A stretch of 14,561 nucleotides of DNA from Sulfurimonadaceae bacterium (GTDB lineage: Bacteria > Campylobacterota > Campylobacteria > Campylobacterales > Sulfurimonadaceae). Under the pieces are notes generated by a model. That model ran no database searches. It was not told the origin of the DNA and was given only the letters and a program-made list of their open reading frames with translations. The position numbers and the translations under genes were made by a program. The DNA lies in NCBI GenBank assembly GCA_041571435.1, contig JBFFUI010000048.1:1-14561 (forward strand). The letters are read 5' to 3'. Below are positions 6,025-14,402 of the stretch, in pieces (position 1 is the first letter of the stretch; each line of letters opens with the position of its first letter).

Positions 6025-6756
6025 ATGATCGAATACTATATAACCACCGACGACGAGAGTTCTGTCAAGACTGAACTCGAGATGGATTACGTCGACACGG
6101 CACCGCAAGAAGAGCGTCCATGGCTTTTGTGGGGCTTTTTAAAGATGCATGAGGTCGATGAAGAGGGCTTCCCGACGCCGTCTGAACTTGAGAGACTACA
6201 ACCGGTAACAGATGCGTTGAAAGAGACTCTTGCCAAAGAGATCGACGCGGTCAGTGTCGGTCAAAAGTATGAAGAGGGCTGGCTTGAACTTTACTTCTAT
6301 GCGCCGACGGCCAAAAAATTTCAGAGTATCGTCGCATCCGTTCTGGGTTCAGACTACGTTAGTGACATCGGTTCGGCCAGAGATACAAAGTGGGAACACT
6401 ACCTCTACACGCTCTATCCGGATGCTTTGATGCTCCAGCAGGTACAGAGCCGTCACATCATGGATGAGCTTAAAGAGGCGGGGGATGACCTCTCTGTCGA
6501 ACGTGAAGTGGAACACTACCTGGGCTTTCTGACAGAGAGCAATGCCAAGCGCGTCGCCGAGATCCTCTACCTGCACGGCTTCAAAGAGAAAGAGATCTCC
6601 TATAACAGCAGTGAAGAGTACGGCTACACCCTCATCATGACAAAAGAGCACGCCATCGATGCGGCGCTTTTGGAAGAGCTGGCTTTTCTGCTCATCACGA
6701 CGGTTGAGAAAGAGCACGGCATCTATGCGGGTTGGAGTACAGGGGTCGCTGCTTGA
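6025..6756 (+). CDS. DUF695 domain protein with C-terminal RraB-like domain
   Basis: Acidic protein. N-terminal GFP...E...L, ELYFYA and D.KW..Y...LYP. C-terminal GDDLSVEREVEHYLGF ... HGIYAGW is RraB-like. Confidence 0.8.
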   Translation: MIEYYITTDDESSVKTELEMDYVDTAPQEERPWLLWGFLKMHEVDEEGFPTPSELERLQPVTDALKETLAKEIDAVSVGQKYEEGWLELYFYAPTAKKFQSIVASVLGSDYVSDIGSARDTKWEHYLYTLYPDALMLQQVQSRHIMDELKEAGDDLSVEREVEHYLGFLTESNAKRVAEILYLHGFKEKEISYNSSEEYGYTLIMTKEHAIDAALLEELAFLLITTVEKEHGIYAGWSTGVAA

Positions 6757-8585
6757 AAGAGATGTTCAAGATCAAAGGCACCTATGCCTACATCGTAGCG
6801 CTGTTTTTAAATGCCTTTACCGATCTTGGACATAAGATCATTATCCAGAACACCGTCTTCAAGATCTATGACAACCAGGAGCAGATCATCCTGACAGCCA
6901 TCGTCAACGCACTGATCCTGCTGCCGTTCATCATGGTCTTTACGCCCGCAGGTTTTCTCTCGGACAAGTACCCTAAAAACAGGGTGATGGTCTTTGCCGC
7001 CGTGTTGGCGGTCTTCCTTACGCTGGCCATCACGGCGTCGTATTACATGGGGTGGTTCGAAGTGGCCTTCGGGTTTACCTTTCTTTTGGCAATGCAGAGC
7101 GCGATCTATTCGCCTGCCAAGTACGGCTACATCAAAGAGCTTGTCGGAAACAAGTTCATCTCGGCAGGTAATGCCGCAGTACAGGCGGCAACGACAGTCG
7201 CTATCCTCTCTGGGATCGTCGTCTATACACTGCTGTTTGAAAACACATTGGGCACGTTTGAAGATGCGGATGAGATCTTGAAACAGGTGGCACCGCTGGG
7301 TTGGCTGCTGGTCCTGGGTTCACTTGTCGAACTCTTTATGATCTCCCGGCTTCCCAACAAGCAGCGTGTACCGTCTGCGAGACGGTTCCACCTCAGACGC
7401 TACCTTAGAGGCTACTATCTGCGTAAAAACATGAAGACCATTACACGCAAACGCTCTATTTTGGACGCGATCATCGCCCTCTCGATCTTCTGGGGCGTCT
7501 CGCAGGTCGCGCTGGCGATCTTCGGGGCGTATGCCAAAAACGAGCTGGCGATCGTTAACACCATCTATGTGCAAGGCGTACTGGGACTGACGGCAATAGG
7601 TATTATCTTCGGTTCGTTGGTGGCAGCACGGTTTTCCACGTATTACATCCATATGGGCCTCGTACCGTTCAGTGCTGTCGGCATGGCGGTCAGTCTCTTG
7701 CTGGTCCCGATGTCGGAGCATCTCAACACGATCGCGATTCTCTTTTTCACCTTCGGACTCTCTTCGGGCATGTTTATCGTGCCACTGAACGCGTTTATCC
7801 AGAAACATGCACCCGGTGTACACCTTGGTACCATCATTGCCGGGAACAACTTTATTCAAAACATCTTTATGGTGACGTTTTTGATGTTAACGACATTTTT
7901 CGCCTATAAAGGACTCAATGCAGGCGCTCTCTTTTACGTCATTTCTGCATTGAGCGGCTTGATGGCACTCTATCTGATCCGAAAATATGGCATTATATTA
8001 ACATGGTTTGTTGTCGAGCTCTTTTTGTCCGTCCGCTATAAGTTTGTCAACATCAACAGTAGCAATGTACCGCCAAGCGGTGCCGTGTTGCTGTTGGGCA
8101 ACCACGTCAGCTGGATCGACTGGATGATCGTCCAGTTCCCGATCGAGAGACGTACTATCTTTATGATGGAGAGAGGTATCTACAACTGGCCGTTACTGAA
8201 CCGTTTTTTCAGGTGGGGGAGTGCGATCCCTATTTCGGTCAAGGCCTCAAAAGATGCCTTTCGCAAGGCCAAAGAGTGTATTCGCCATCATGCGCTGGTT
8301 ACGCTGTTTCCAGAGGGTTCCATCAACAGGGAAGAAGAACTGCAGAAGTTTCAGCGGGGATTTGAGATGGTCGCTAGAGAGAGTGACGGTGTGATCGTCC
8401 CTTTTTATATCGGGGGGATGTGGGGCAGCCGCTATTCGCGGTCGCCCAAGAAGTATGTTGAACAAAGAGAGACGCTGCGCCGTAAAGTGACCGTGATCTA
8501 CGGTGATCCCATGCCGATGAACTCGTCAGCGGATGACGTCAGAGCAGCGGTACAAAAACTGAAGGATGACTATTATGCACAATAA
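6753..8585 (+). CDS. MFS lysophospholipid transporter (LplT-like) fused to PlsC-type acyltransferase; Aas-like but without the acyl-ACP synthetase domain
   Basis: N-terminal FLNAFTD, GFLSDKYPK and QSAIYSPAKYG with about 12 TM. C-terminal NHVSWID (HX4D) and FPEG. Start is TTG 6753 (overlapping the upstream TGA) or ATG 6762. Confidence 0.9.
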   Translation: MKEMFKIKGTYAYIVALFLNAFTDLGHKIIIQNTVFKIYDNQEQIILTAIVNALILLPFIMVFTPAGFLSDKYPKNRVMVFAAVLAVFLTLAITASYYMGWFEVAFGFTFLLAMQSAIYSPAKYGYIKELVGNKFISAGNAAVQAATTVAILSGIVVYTLLFENTLGTFEDADEILKQVAPLGWLLVLGSLVELFMISRLPNKQRVPSARRFHLRRYLRGYYLRKNMKTITRKRSILDAIIALSIFWGVSQVALAIFGAYAKNELAIVNTIYVQGVLGLTAIGIIFGSLVAARFSTYYIHMGLVPFSAVGMAVSLLLVPMSEHLNTIAILFFTFGLSSGMFIVPLNAFIQKHAPGVHLGTIIAGNNFIQNIFMVTFLMLTTFFAYKGLNAGALFYVISALSGLMALYLIRKYGIILTWFVVELFLSVRYKFVNINSSNVPPSGAVLLLGNHVSWIDWMIVQFPIERRTIFMMERGIYNWPLLNRFFRWGSAIPISVKASKDAFRKAKECIRHHALVTLFPEGSINREEELQKFQRGFEMVARESDGVIVPFYIGGMWGSRYSRSPKKYVEQRETLRRKVTVIYGDPMPMNSSADDVRAAVQKLKDDYYAQ

Positions 8586-8943
8586 GCCGAAACACAACCT
8601 GTTCAAGAACACCGTTTATGCGCTGGAAGGTCTTGTCGATATCACCAAACATGAGGCCTCTTTTAAGTGGCAGATACTGCTGTTTGTTACAGGGATTGTC
8701 GTTGCCTGGGCTTTGCCGATAGAGATAGGCTATAAATTTGTGTTGAGCATCTCATTGATCATTCCGGTGATGGCCGAGATCATCAACAGTGCGATCGAAC
8801 GCGTCGTCGACCTTGTCACACAGGACTATCACATCCTGGCCAAACAGGCGAAAGATGCCGGTGCTGCGATCGTATTTGTCTCCCTGGTGACTTTGGCCGC
8901 TATCTGGATATCTACCCTTCTTTTAGCCTTTAAATTGGTATAA
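8575..8943 (+). CDS. dgkA: Diacylglycerol kinase
   Basis: Motifs YALEGL, E.SF, EIINSAIERVVDL and LAKQAKDAGAAIV. AAGGA RBS before the ATG at 8575. Confidence 0.93.
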   Translation: MHNKPKHNLFKNTVYALEGLVDITKHEASFKWQILLFVTGIVVAWALPIEIGYKFVLSISLIIPVMAEIINSAIERVVDLVTQDYHILAKQAKDAGAAIVFVSLVTLAAIWISTLLLAFKLV

Positions 8944-8944
8944 T
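8936..8944 (+). promoter_or_regulatory. Extended -10 promoter for CASDH
   Basis: TGGTATAAT (TGnTATAAT) overlapping the dgkA stop, 33 nt before the ATG. Confidence 0.55.
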
Positions 8945-8977
8945 ATAGACTAAAAAAATTTTCAGCAAGGAAGCCGT

Positions 8978-10159
8978 ATGTCAACTGTTTTGATTATAGG
9001 CGCCGGCGGCGTCGGCGGTGTAGTGACACACAAATGTGTGATGAACAAAGAGACGTTTACTAAGATCGTCTTGGCGAGTCGTCGTCTGGAGAGCTGCGAG
9101 AAGATACAGAAGCAATTGCCCGAGGGTGCGATCGAGATCGCGCAGGTCGATGCGGACAATGTGGATGAAACAGCGGCTTTGATCGAGAAAGTCGGTGCCG
9201 ACATCGTTATCAACGTCGCTCTTCCATACCAGGACCTTAGCATCATGGATGCCTGTACAAAAGTCGGTGTTGATTACCTTGACACGGCCAACTACGAACA
9301 TCCGGACGAAGCGAAGTTCGAGTACAAAGAGCAGTGGGCGCGTGACGGCCAGTTCAAAGAGGCGAATATCATGGGTTTGCTCGGCAGCGGGTTCGATCCT
9401 GGAGCGACCAACATCTTCTGTGCCTACGCGCAAAAACACTACTTCGATGAGATCCATACCATCGACATTCTCGACTGCAACGCTGGTGACCACGGTTACC
9501 CGTTTGCAACGAACTTCAACCCGGAGATCAACCTTCGTGAAGTAAGTGCGAAAGGGCGCTACTGGGAAAACGGCAAGTGGATCGAGACAGAGCCGATGGA
9601 GATCCATATGTCATGGGATTACCCGGAGGTCGGCCCAAAAGAGAGCTATCTTCTCTATCACGAGGAGATGGAGTCACTGGTCAAGCACATCAAGGGACTC
9701 AAACGTATCCGTTTCTTTATGACCTTCGGCGAGAGCTACCTTATGCATATGAAGGCGCTTGAAAATGTCGGTATGCTGGGCATTGAACCGGTGGAACACA
9801 AAGGTCAGCAGATCATCCCGATAGAGTTTCTGAAGACACTTCTGCCTGACCCGGCTTCTCTGGGTCCGCGCACCAAAGGCAAGACCAACATCGGTATCGT
9901 TGCCGAGGGCCTAAAAGACGGTCAAAAGAAGAAGATCTACATCTACCAGGTGAGCGATCATGAGAAGTGCTACGCAGAGGTCATGTCACAGGCCGTCTCC
10001 TACACAACCGGTGTCCCGGCGATGATCGGCGCGAAGCTGATGCTTGATGGCAAGTGGCAGGGCAAAGGGGTCTTCAACATGGAAGAGTTTGACCCGGATC
10101 CGTTTATGGACGAACTCAACAAGCAGGGCCTTCCTTGGAAGGTCATTGAGCTGGATTAA
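8978..10159 (+). CDS. Carboxy(nor)spermidine dehydrogenase (saccharopine dehydrogenase family)
   Basis: Motifs IIGAGGVG, NVALPYQDL, YLDTANYE, GFDPG, FATNFNPEINLRE, YHEE and SYTTGVPAMIG; nspC lies nearby. Confidence 0.93.
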   Translation: MSTVLIIGAGGVGGVVTHKCVMNKETFTKIVLASRRLESCEKIQKQLPEGAIEIAQVDADNVDETAALIEKVGADIVINVALPYQDLSIMDACTKVGVDYLDTANYEHPDEAKFEYKEQWARDGQFKEANIMGLLGSGFDPGATNIFCAYAQKHYFDEIHTIDILDCNAGDHGYPFATNFNPEINLREVSAKGRYWENGKWIETEPMEIHMSWDYPEVGPKESYLLYHEEMESLVKHIKGLKRIRFFMTFGESYLMHMKALENVGMLGIEPVEHKGQQIIPIEFLKTLLPDPASLGPRTKGKTNIGIVAEGLKDGQKKKIYIYQVSDHEKCYAEVMSQAVSYTTGVPAMIGAKLMLDGKWQGKGVFNMEEFDPDPFMDELNKQGLPWKVIELD

Positions 10160-10170
10160 AATTCAGTGAA

Positions 10171-10205
10171 GCCTCTTCGCCTTCTCTTATCGGGAAGGGA
10201 GGGGC
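10171..10205. terminator. GC-rich hairpin between convergent genes
   Basis: GCCTCTTC-G-CCTTCTC-TTATC-GGGAAGG-GAGGGGC, with no clear U-tract. Confidence 0.5.
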
Positions 10206-10364
10206 GCGCGTGTTTAGAACGCAGGTGCAAACGGCAACAGTGCCTAAGCATCTGCCGTGTTTGACTTCAGGTGCCTCTATTGAGCTGTTTTGCTCGATAT
10301 TTGACGCATTGATATCTTTGTCGCTGTCCTGTGTATGGGGCAGCTCTTGTGCATGCGCTACGAC

Positions 10365-11339
10365 TTATTTTTCGCCGTCATCGGCTAATACTGTTAAATC
10401 TGTGGCATGTGAACTGTTCATATCCTCATTTGGGATCTCTAATGCGTCATTATTCTCTTTTTTACACTTTTCAGCAATTTCAGCAGCCGATTTTTTCTTG
10501 ACCGGAATCAGGTACTTTGGATCGGCAGGTTTGATGTTTTCCCAGCCCGGCGGCATATATTGCGGATCGTCAAGCGTATAGAACTTGTTGCTTTTGATCA
10601 CATAGTAGAGGCGCTTGACATACTCATGACGCAGCTCCGAATAGTGGTCAAGGTAGGGGATGATCTCAAACGGGTTGTCACTGTGCAGACGGGCTTCCCT
10701 AAACTGTTTATAGGCATGGCCTTTAGCCATCATGCGGTAGTACCCTTCGATGGAGGCCTCAAGGTTTTTATATTTTTTGACAAAGACGGTCTGTTTGCCG
10801 TGACGCTGGATACCGGCCGCCAAACGCGGCTCGTTTTTGTTATATGACCAGATACCGAAAATGTTGTTGGCTTCTCTGTAAAAGCGTGAGCTCCCCCATC
10901 CGGTTTCAAGTGCGGCCTGGGCGATAACGATGCTTACCGGGTGTGTTCTCAGACGTTTGAGTAGACAGGGTATACCTGCTACGTTGTAGCTCTTTTTCAA
11001 CTTCTCTATTTTTGCCGTTTCGGCCGGTGTGAGGCTCTTTTTCAGACTGAGCTCGTAGACCATCTGGTACTCTGCGTCAAGACGTTTTTTGACCTTTGTG
11101 ATGGCAGCGATGCTTTTCTTTAAAAACAGTCGCTTCGTCTCTGGCGTCGCAGCCGGGACTTTGTAAGCAGCTTTGTTGGCAGACGTTTTTTCCGCTTCTG
11201 TTGTCTTTTCGCTTGCAGTCGTTTTCTCGGTCGTTGTGTTGTGCTCATCAAATATGCCGGTCTTTAGAAGCGCGTTATAGACAAAATAGATGCTGACAAT
11301 TAAAAAAAAGGCCAAAACGGCCAAAATAGTCTGTTTCAT
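10365..11339 (-). CDS. Bax-like glucosaminidase (GH73-type) with N-terminal membrane anchor
   Basis: Motifs PVSIVIAQAALETGWGSSRF..EANNIFGIW, SIEGY, AYKQFREAR and L.HYSE...YV. N-terminal TM and a low-complexity acidic tail. Confidence 0.9.
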   Translation of the reverse strand: MKQTILAVLAFFLIVSIYFVYNALLKTGIFDEHNTTTEKTTASEKTTEAEKTSANKAAYKVPAATPETKRLFLKKSIAAITKVKKRLDAEYQMVYELSLKKSLTPAETAKIEKLKKSYNVAGIPCLLKRLRTHPVSIVIAQAALETGWGSSRFYREANNIFGIWSYNKNEPRLAAGIQRHGKQTVFVKKYKNLEASIEGYYRMMAKGHAYKQFREARLHSDNPFEIIPYLDHYSELRHEYVKRLYYVIKSNKFYTLDDPQYMPPGWENIKPADPKYLIPVKKKSAAEIAEKCKKENNDALEIPNEDMNSSHATDLTVLADDGEK

Positions 11340-11380
11340 TTCACTCGCTTTTTTTACTTGTTTCGCTAAAATATTGTTAA

Positions 11381-11388
11381 ATTATAAT
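11381..11388. promoter_or_regulatory. Palindromic ATTATAAT giving a -10 box on both strands between divergent genes
   Basis: TATAAT at 11383-11388 (+) and 11386-11381 (-) within the 75-bp divergent spacer. Confidence 0.4.
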
Positions 11389-11414
11389 CGTAATAATATC
11401 TAAAAAGTGAGAGA

Positions 11415-12551
11415 ATGATAAATTACCATGATGTACCATCACCTTCTTATGTGTGCGACCTGACACGTTTGGAGAACAACTTGAAACTGTTAGCCCGGGT
11501 AAAAGAAGAGAGCGGTGCCCGGGTTATACTCGCACTCAAAGGGTTTGCCATGTGGTCCACCTTTGACCTTGTCGGTCAATATCTTGACGGTGCTACGGCA
11601 AGCGGTCTTCATGAGGCAAAACTTGCTCATGAAGAGTTAAAGGGAGAGGTCCACACCTATTCGCCGGCATTTAAAGAAGAAGAGATAGCGGAGATCGCGA
11701 CAATTTCAGACCATATCGTCTTTAATACACCTTCTCAGCTAAAACGGTTCGTGGCCAAGGTTAAGGCGGTCAATCCGGATATCTCGGTCTCTCTTCGTGT
11801 CAACCCTGAATTTTCATCGTCTCCTGTCGATCTTTATAATCCCTGCGGTATATACAGCCGGCTCGGGACGACGGCAGCGAATTTTGATGAGAGCATTTTG
11901 AAGGACCTTGACGGTTTGAACTTTCATGCACTTTGCGAACAGAATGTGGATGCGCTCGAAGGTGTGCTCGAAGCTTTCGAAGCAAAGTTCGGCAGCTATA
12001 TCGACACGATGAAATACATCAACTTCGGCGGCGGACACCACATTACCCGCAAAGATTACGACGTTGATCGCCTTATTGCGGTCATCAAAGCCTTTAGAGC
12101 ACGCCACAACAACATCGAGGTCTATTTGGAGCCGGGCGAAGCGGTCGGCTGGCAGACGGGTGAACTGGTTTCGACAGTTCTGGATGTTTTTCATAACGGC
12201 ATGGATGTCGCGATCCTGGACACCTCCGCAGAGGCCCATATGCCGGATACACTTGCGATGCCATATCGCGCGGACGTCCGCGGATCGGGTGAAGCAGGGG
12301 AGAAAGCCTATACCTACCGCTTAGGCGGTAACACCTGCCTTGCAGGTGACATTATGGGGGATTACTCATTTGACACGCCGTTACAGGTGGGCGATAAGAT
12401 CATCTTTGAAGACCAGATCCACTACACCTTTGTCAAGAACACGACCTTCAACGGCATCAAACTGCCATCTTTGGTCCTGGTAGACCAAAACGGTAAAATC
12501 AGGGTCGTAAAAGAGTTCGGTTATACGGACTATAAGATGCGCCTTTCCTGA
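11415..12551 (+). CDS. nspC: Carboxynorspermidine/carboxyspermidine decarboxylase
   Basis: Motifs LALKGF (PLP lysine), ASGLHEA, LRVNP, LYNPC..YSRLG, FHALCEQ, NFGGGHHIT, LEPGEA, HMPD, TCLAGD and HYT.VK.TTFNG. Confidence 0.95.
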   Translation: MINYHDVPSPSYVCDLTRLENNLKLLARVKEESGARVILALKGFAMWSTFDLVGQYLDGATASGLHEAKLAHEELKGEVHTYSPAFKEEEIAEIATISDHIVFNTPSQLKRFVAKVKAVNPDISVSLRVNPEFSSSPVDLYNPCGIYSRLGTTAANFDESILKDLDGLNFHALCEQNVDALEGVLEAFEAKFGSYIDTMKYINFGGGHHITRKDYDVDRLIAVIKAFRARHNNIEVYLEPGEAVGWQTGELVSTVLDVFHNGMDVAILDTSAEAHMPDTLAMPYRADVRGSGEAGEKAYTYRLGGNTCLAGDIMGDYSFDTPLQVGDKIIFEDQIHYTFVKNTTFNGIKLPSLVLVDQNGKIRVVKEFGYTDYKMRLS

Positions 12552-12709
12552 TATCTTCAATATTATCACATCTCTGATCTGGGCAAAGCTGCAATAGAGT
12601 AGTCGTATCAGATTGTTGTTTTAGATCATTTTATGTAGAATGACCTATAAGCCTTGATGGAAATAGGTGATAACTATCCAATGAGGTTTTATACTGAAAA
12701 GGATCATCT

Positions 12710-13309
12710 ATGAAAAAAATTATTTACGGTCTTGTTGTATTGGTACTGGCTTTAGGTCTTGGTGGATGTGCCGGAAAAGTCAAGCGTATGGATGTCGCAC
12801 CTGCAGGCAAAAGTATAGAAGCACCGCAGAGCGGAAAATCAAAAGTCGTTTTTATGCGTCCAAGCGGGATGGGTTATGCTGTTCAGTCCAGTGTCTTTGA
12901 AATCAAGAACAATGAACCGTCCATGGTAGGTATTGTTGCCGCAAAGACAAAGGTAGCCTATGAACTGGAGCCGGGCGAACACCTTTTTATGGTTGTCGGC
13001 GAAAGTGCGGATTTTATGTCAGCAACGCTGGAAGCAGATAAGATTTATTATGCCTTAGTGACACCTCGAATGGGCTGGTGGAAGGCAAGGTTTTCATTGA
13101 AACCGGTTCATAAAGGTGAATGGGATTCAGATGAATTTAAGAGTTGGCTTGATGACTGTCAGTTGGTCGAACTCTCCAAAGAGACTGAAGCGTGGGCAAA
13201 GGAGAACAGAGCGAGCATTCAGAGCAAGTATGATAAATATTACAATGCCTGGATGAAGAAGGAAGCCTCAGAGAAACCTACATTGTCTCCGGAGGACGGG
13301 CACAATTAA
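12710..13309 (+). CDS. Hypothetical lipoprotein
   Basis: Lipobox LGGC (Cys20), VVFMRPS and LEPGEHLFMVVGESADF. AAGGA RBS. Confidence 0.8.
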   Translation: MKKIIYGLVVLVLALGLGGCAGKVKRMDVAPAGKSIEAPQSGKSKVVFMRPSGMGYAVQSSVFEIKNNEPSMVGIVAAKTKVAYELEPGEHLFMVVGESADFMSATLEADKIYYALVTPRMGWWKARFSLKPVHKGEWDSDEFKSWLDDCQLVELSKETEAWAKENRASIQSKYDKYYNAWMKKEASEKPTLSPEDGHN

Positions 13310-13326
13310 GTACTAGCGAAGTACTT
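13308..13326. terminator. Short inverted repeat between convergent genes
   Basis: AAGTACT-AGCGA-AGTACTT. Confidence 0.3.
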
Positions 13327-13362
13327 GCATGGCAGGTTTGATTTTCCTGAAGCAAAAGAGTT

Positions 13363-13806
13363 TTATTTTTTAAAGATCTCCGGAGGGAAAGCGACAGGAA
13401 TAGGGTCGTGCAGATGCATTGTGATCTCATCGGAACTGCTGCTTTTGTAGAGTTGGTAGGGGACATACAAAAACCGTGCACCGATCTTGTCATCAGCCTT
13501 GTGGCGCTCTTCGAGATGGATTCTGATACCGTCATCGACAGGGGCTTTGTACTGGGCAGGAATAGAGACTTTTGCCACGATAGCGAGACCGGTGATCTTG
13601 GGTTCGTCAACAATACGCTTTTTTAGTGTCGATACAAGTGACGCATACTGGTCTTCGTGGCTCGTATCGTCTGCGGTGATACTCTCTATATAGCCGTTCT
13701 TATACAGCAGCATTGCAAACGGTGTCAGTTCCTGGCTTTTTTCCAGTCTGTCTTTTGCATACATAACGGCTTCATTGACCATCTCAAATAATTGTTCTTC
13801 GTGCAT
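13363..13806 (-). CDS. Hypothetical protein, 147 aa
   Basis: AAGGA RBS before the ATG at 13806 (MHEEQLFE...). Globular composition with PFAML, DGIRIHLEE and FLYVPY. Confidence 0.75.
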   Translation of the reverse strand: MHEEQLFEMVNEAVMYAKDRLEKSQELTPFAMLLYKNGYIESITADDTSHEDQYASLVSTLKKRIVDEPKITGLAIVAKVSIPAQYKAPVDDGIRIHLEERHKADDKIGARFLYVPYQLYKSSSSDEITMHLHDPIPVAFPPEIFKK

Positions 13807-13910
13807 GTTTATCCTTATTGGACGGTATTTTAACATAGAGTTTTGTATAGAATATCCACACACCTTTAAGATATTTTAACTCAAAAAGAAATCCACTCTG
13901 TTTTAAGAGG

Positions 13911-13928
13911 TGTCATTTTATAATGACA
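13911..13928. promoter_or_regulatory. Palindromic operator candidate overlapping a -10 box upstream of the FTR gene
   Basis: TGTCATT-TTAT-AATGACA, containing TATAAT at 13919-13924. Confidence 0.5.
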
Positions 13929-13948
13929 GTAATAAAAAAAGGATTTGC

Positions 13949-14284
13949 ATGCAAAAAATTGACATGAGCTCACCGGAATTTTTAGCCGAGATGGAAAAAA
14001 CCAAAAAGTTTACAGACAAGGTCAACAAACAGTTTGGCTGGGTCTATAACCCGAACGAAGATGTAAATGAGGGCGTATTGATGGGCCTTGCCCGTCATAA
14101 AATGCTGTACGGCAAGCGTTACTGCCCATGCTTTATGGTCATCGAAGAGAACGGTAAGCATGTCAGTGCCGACAACCGTACCTGCCCATGTGCCCCGGCC
14201 ATCGAAAAAGAGATCCCGGAAGACGGCAAATGTCACTGCGGGATCTTCTGTACTCCGGAATACGCCGCCAATAACGATCAATAA
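13949..14284 (+). CDS. Ferredoxin-thioredoxin reductase catalytic (beta) domain protein
   Basis: CPC, CPC and CHC motifs (YGKRYCPC...TCPC...GKCHCGIF). AAGGA RBS before the ATG at 13949. Confidence 0.92.
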   Translation: MQKIDMSSPEFLAEMEKTKKFTDKVNKQFGWVYNPNEDVNEGVLMGLARHKMLYGKRYCPCFMVIEENGKHVSADNRTCPCAPAIEKEIPEDGKCHCGIFCTPEYAANNDQ

Positions 14285-14361
14285 CTTCAGTGCATCTTGC
14301 ACTGAAGTTCACCCCTCAACGCACACAAGTGCGCCTTCGGGTTCACTTCAGCTCGATCTAC
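14283..14361. repeat. REP/REPIN-like compound palindrome
   Basis: Perfect 12-bp stem AACTTCAGTGCA-TCT-TGCACTGAAGTT, and a second interrupted stem CTGAAGT..ACCC..CGCAC-ACAA-GTGCG..GGGT..ACTTCAG. Ends in CTAC (GTAG on the minus strand). Confidence 0.55.
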
Positions 14362-14402
14362 ACTAAATTTATTGTCGTTGTTCTAAACTTTTTATCTTTT
14401 AC

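Noticed and set aside
12573-12612. GGGCAAA-containing stem resembling a c-di-GMP-I riboswitch
   Set aside because: No GNRA loop, GACGCAAA junction or second stem with tetraloop receptor.
73-14366. Many alternative ORFs in the track (e.g. 73-447+, 631-1134+, 2654-3190+, 3752-4198+, 7320-7859-, 8981-9607-, 10210-10581+, 11814-12239-, 13982-14302-)
   Set aside because: They are antisense or off-frame shadows of well-supported genes, with no recognisable motifs or RBS.
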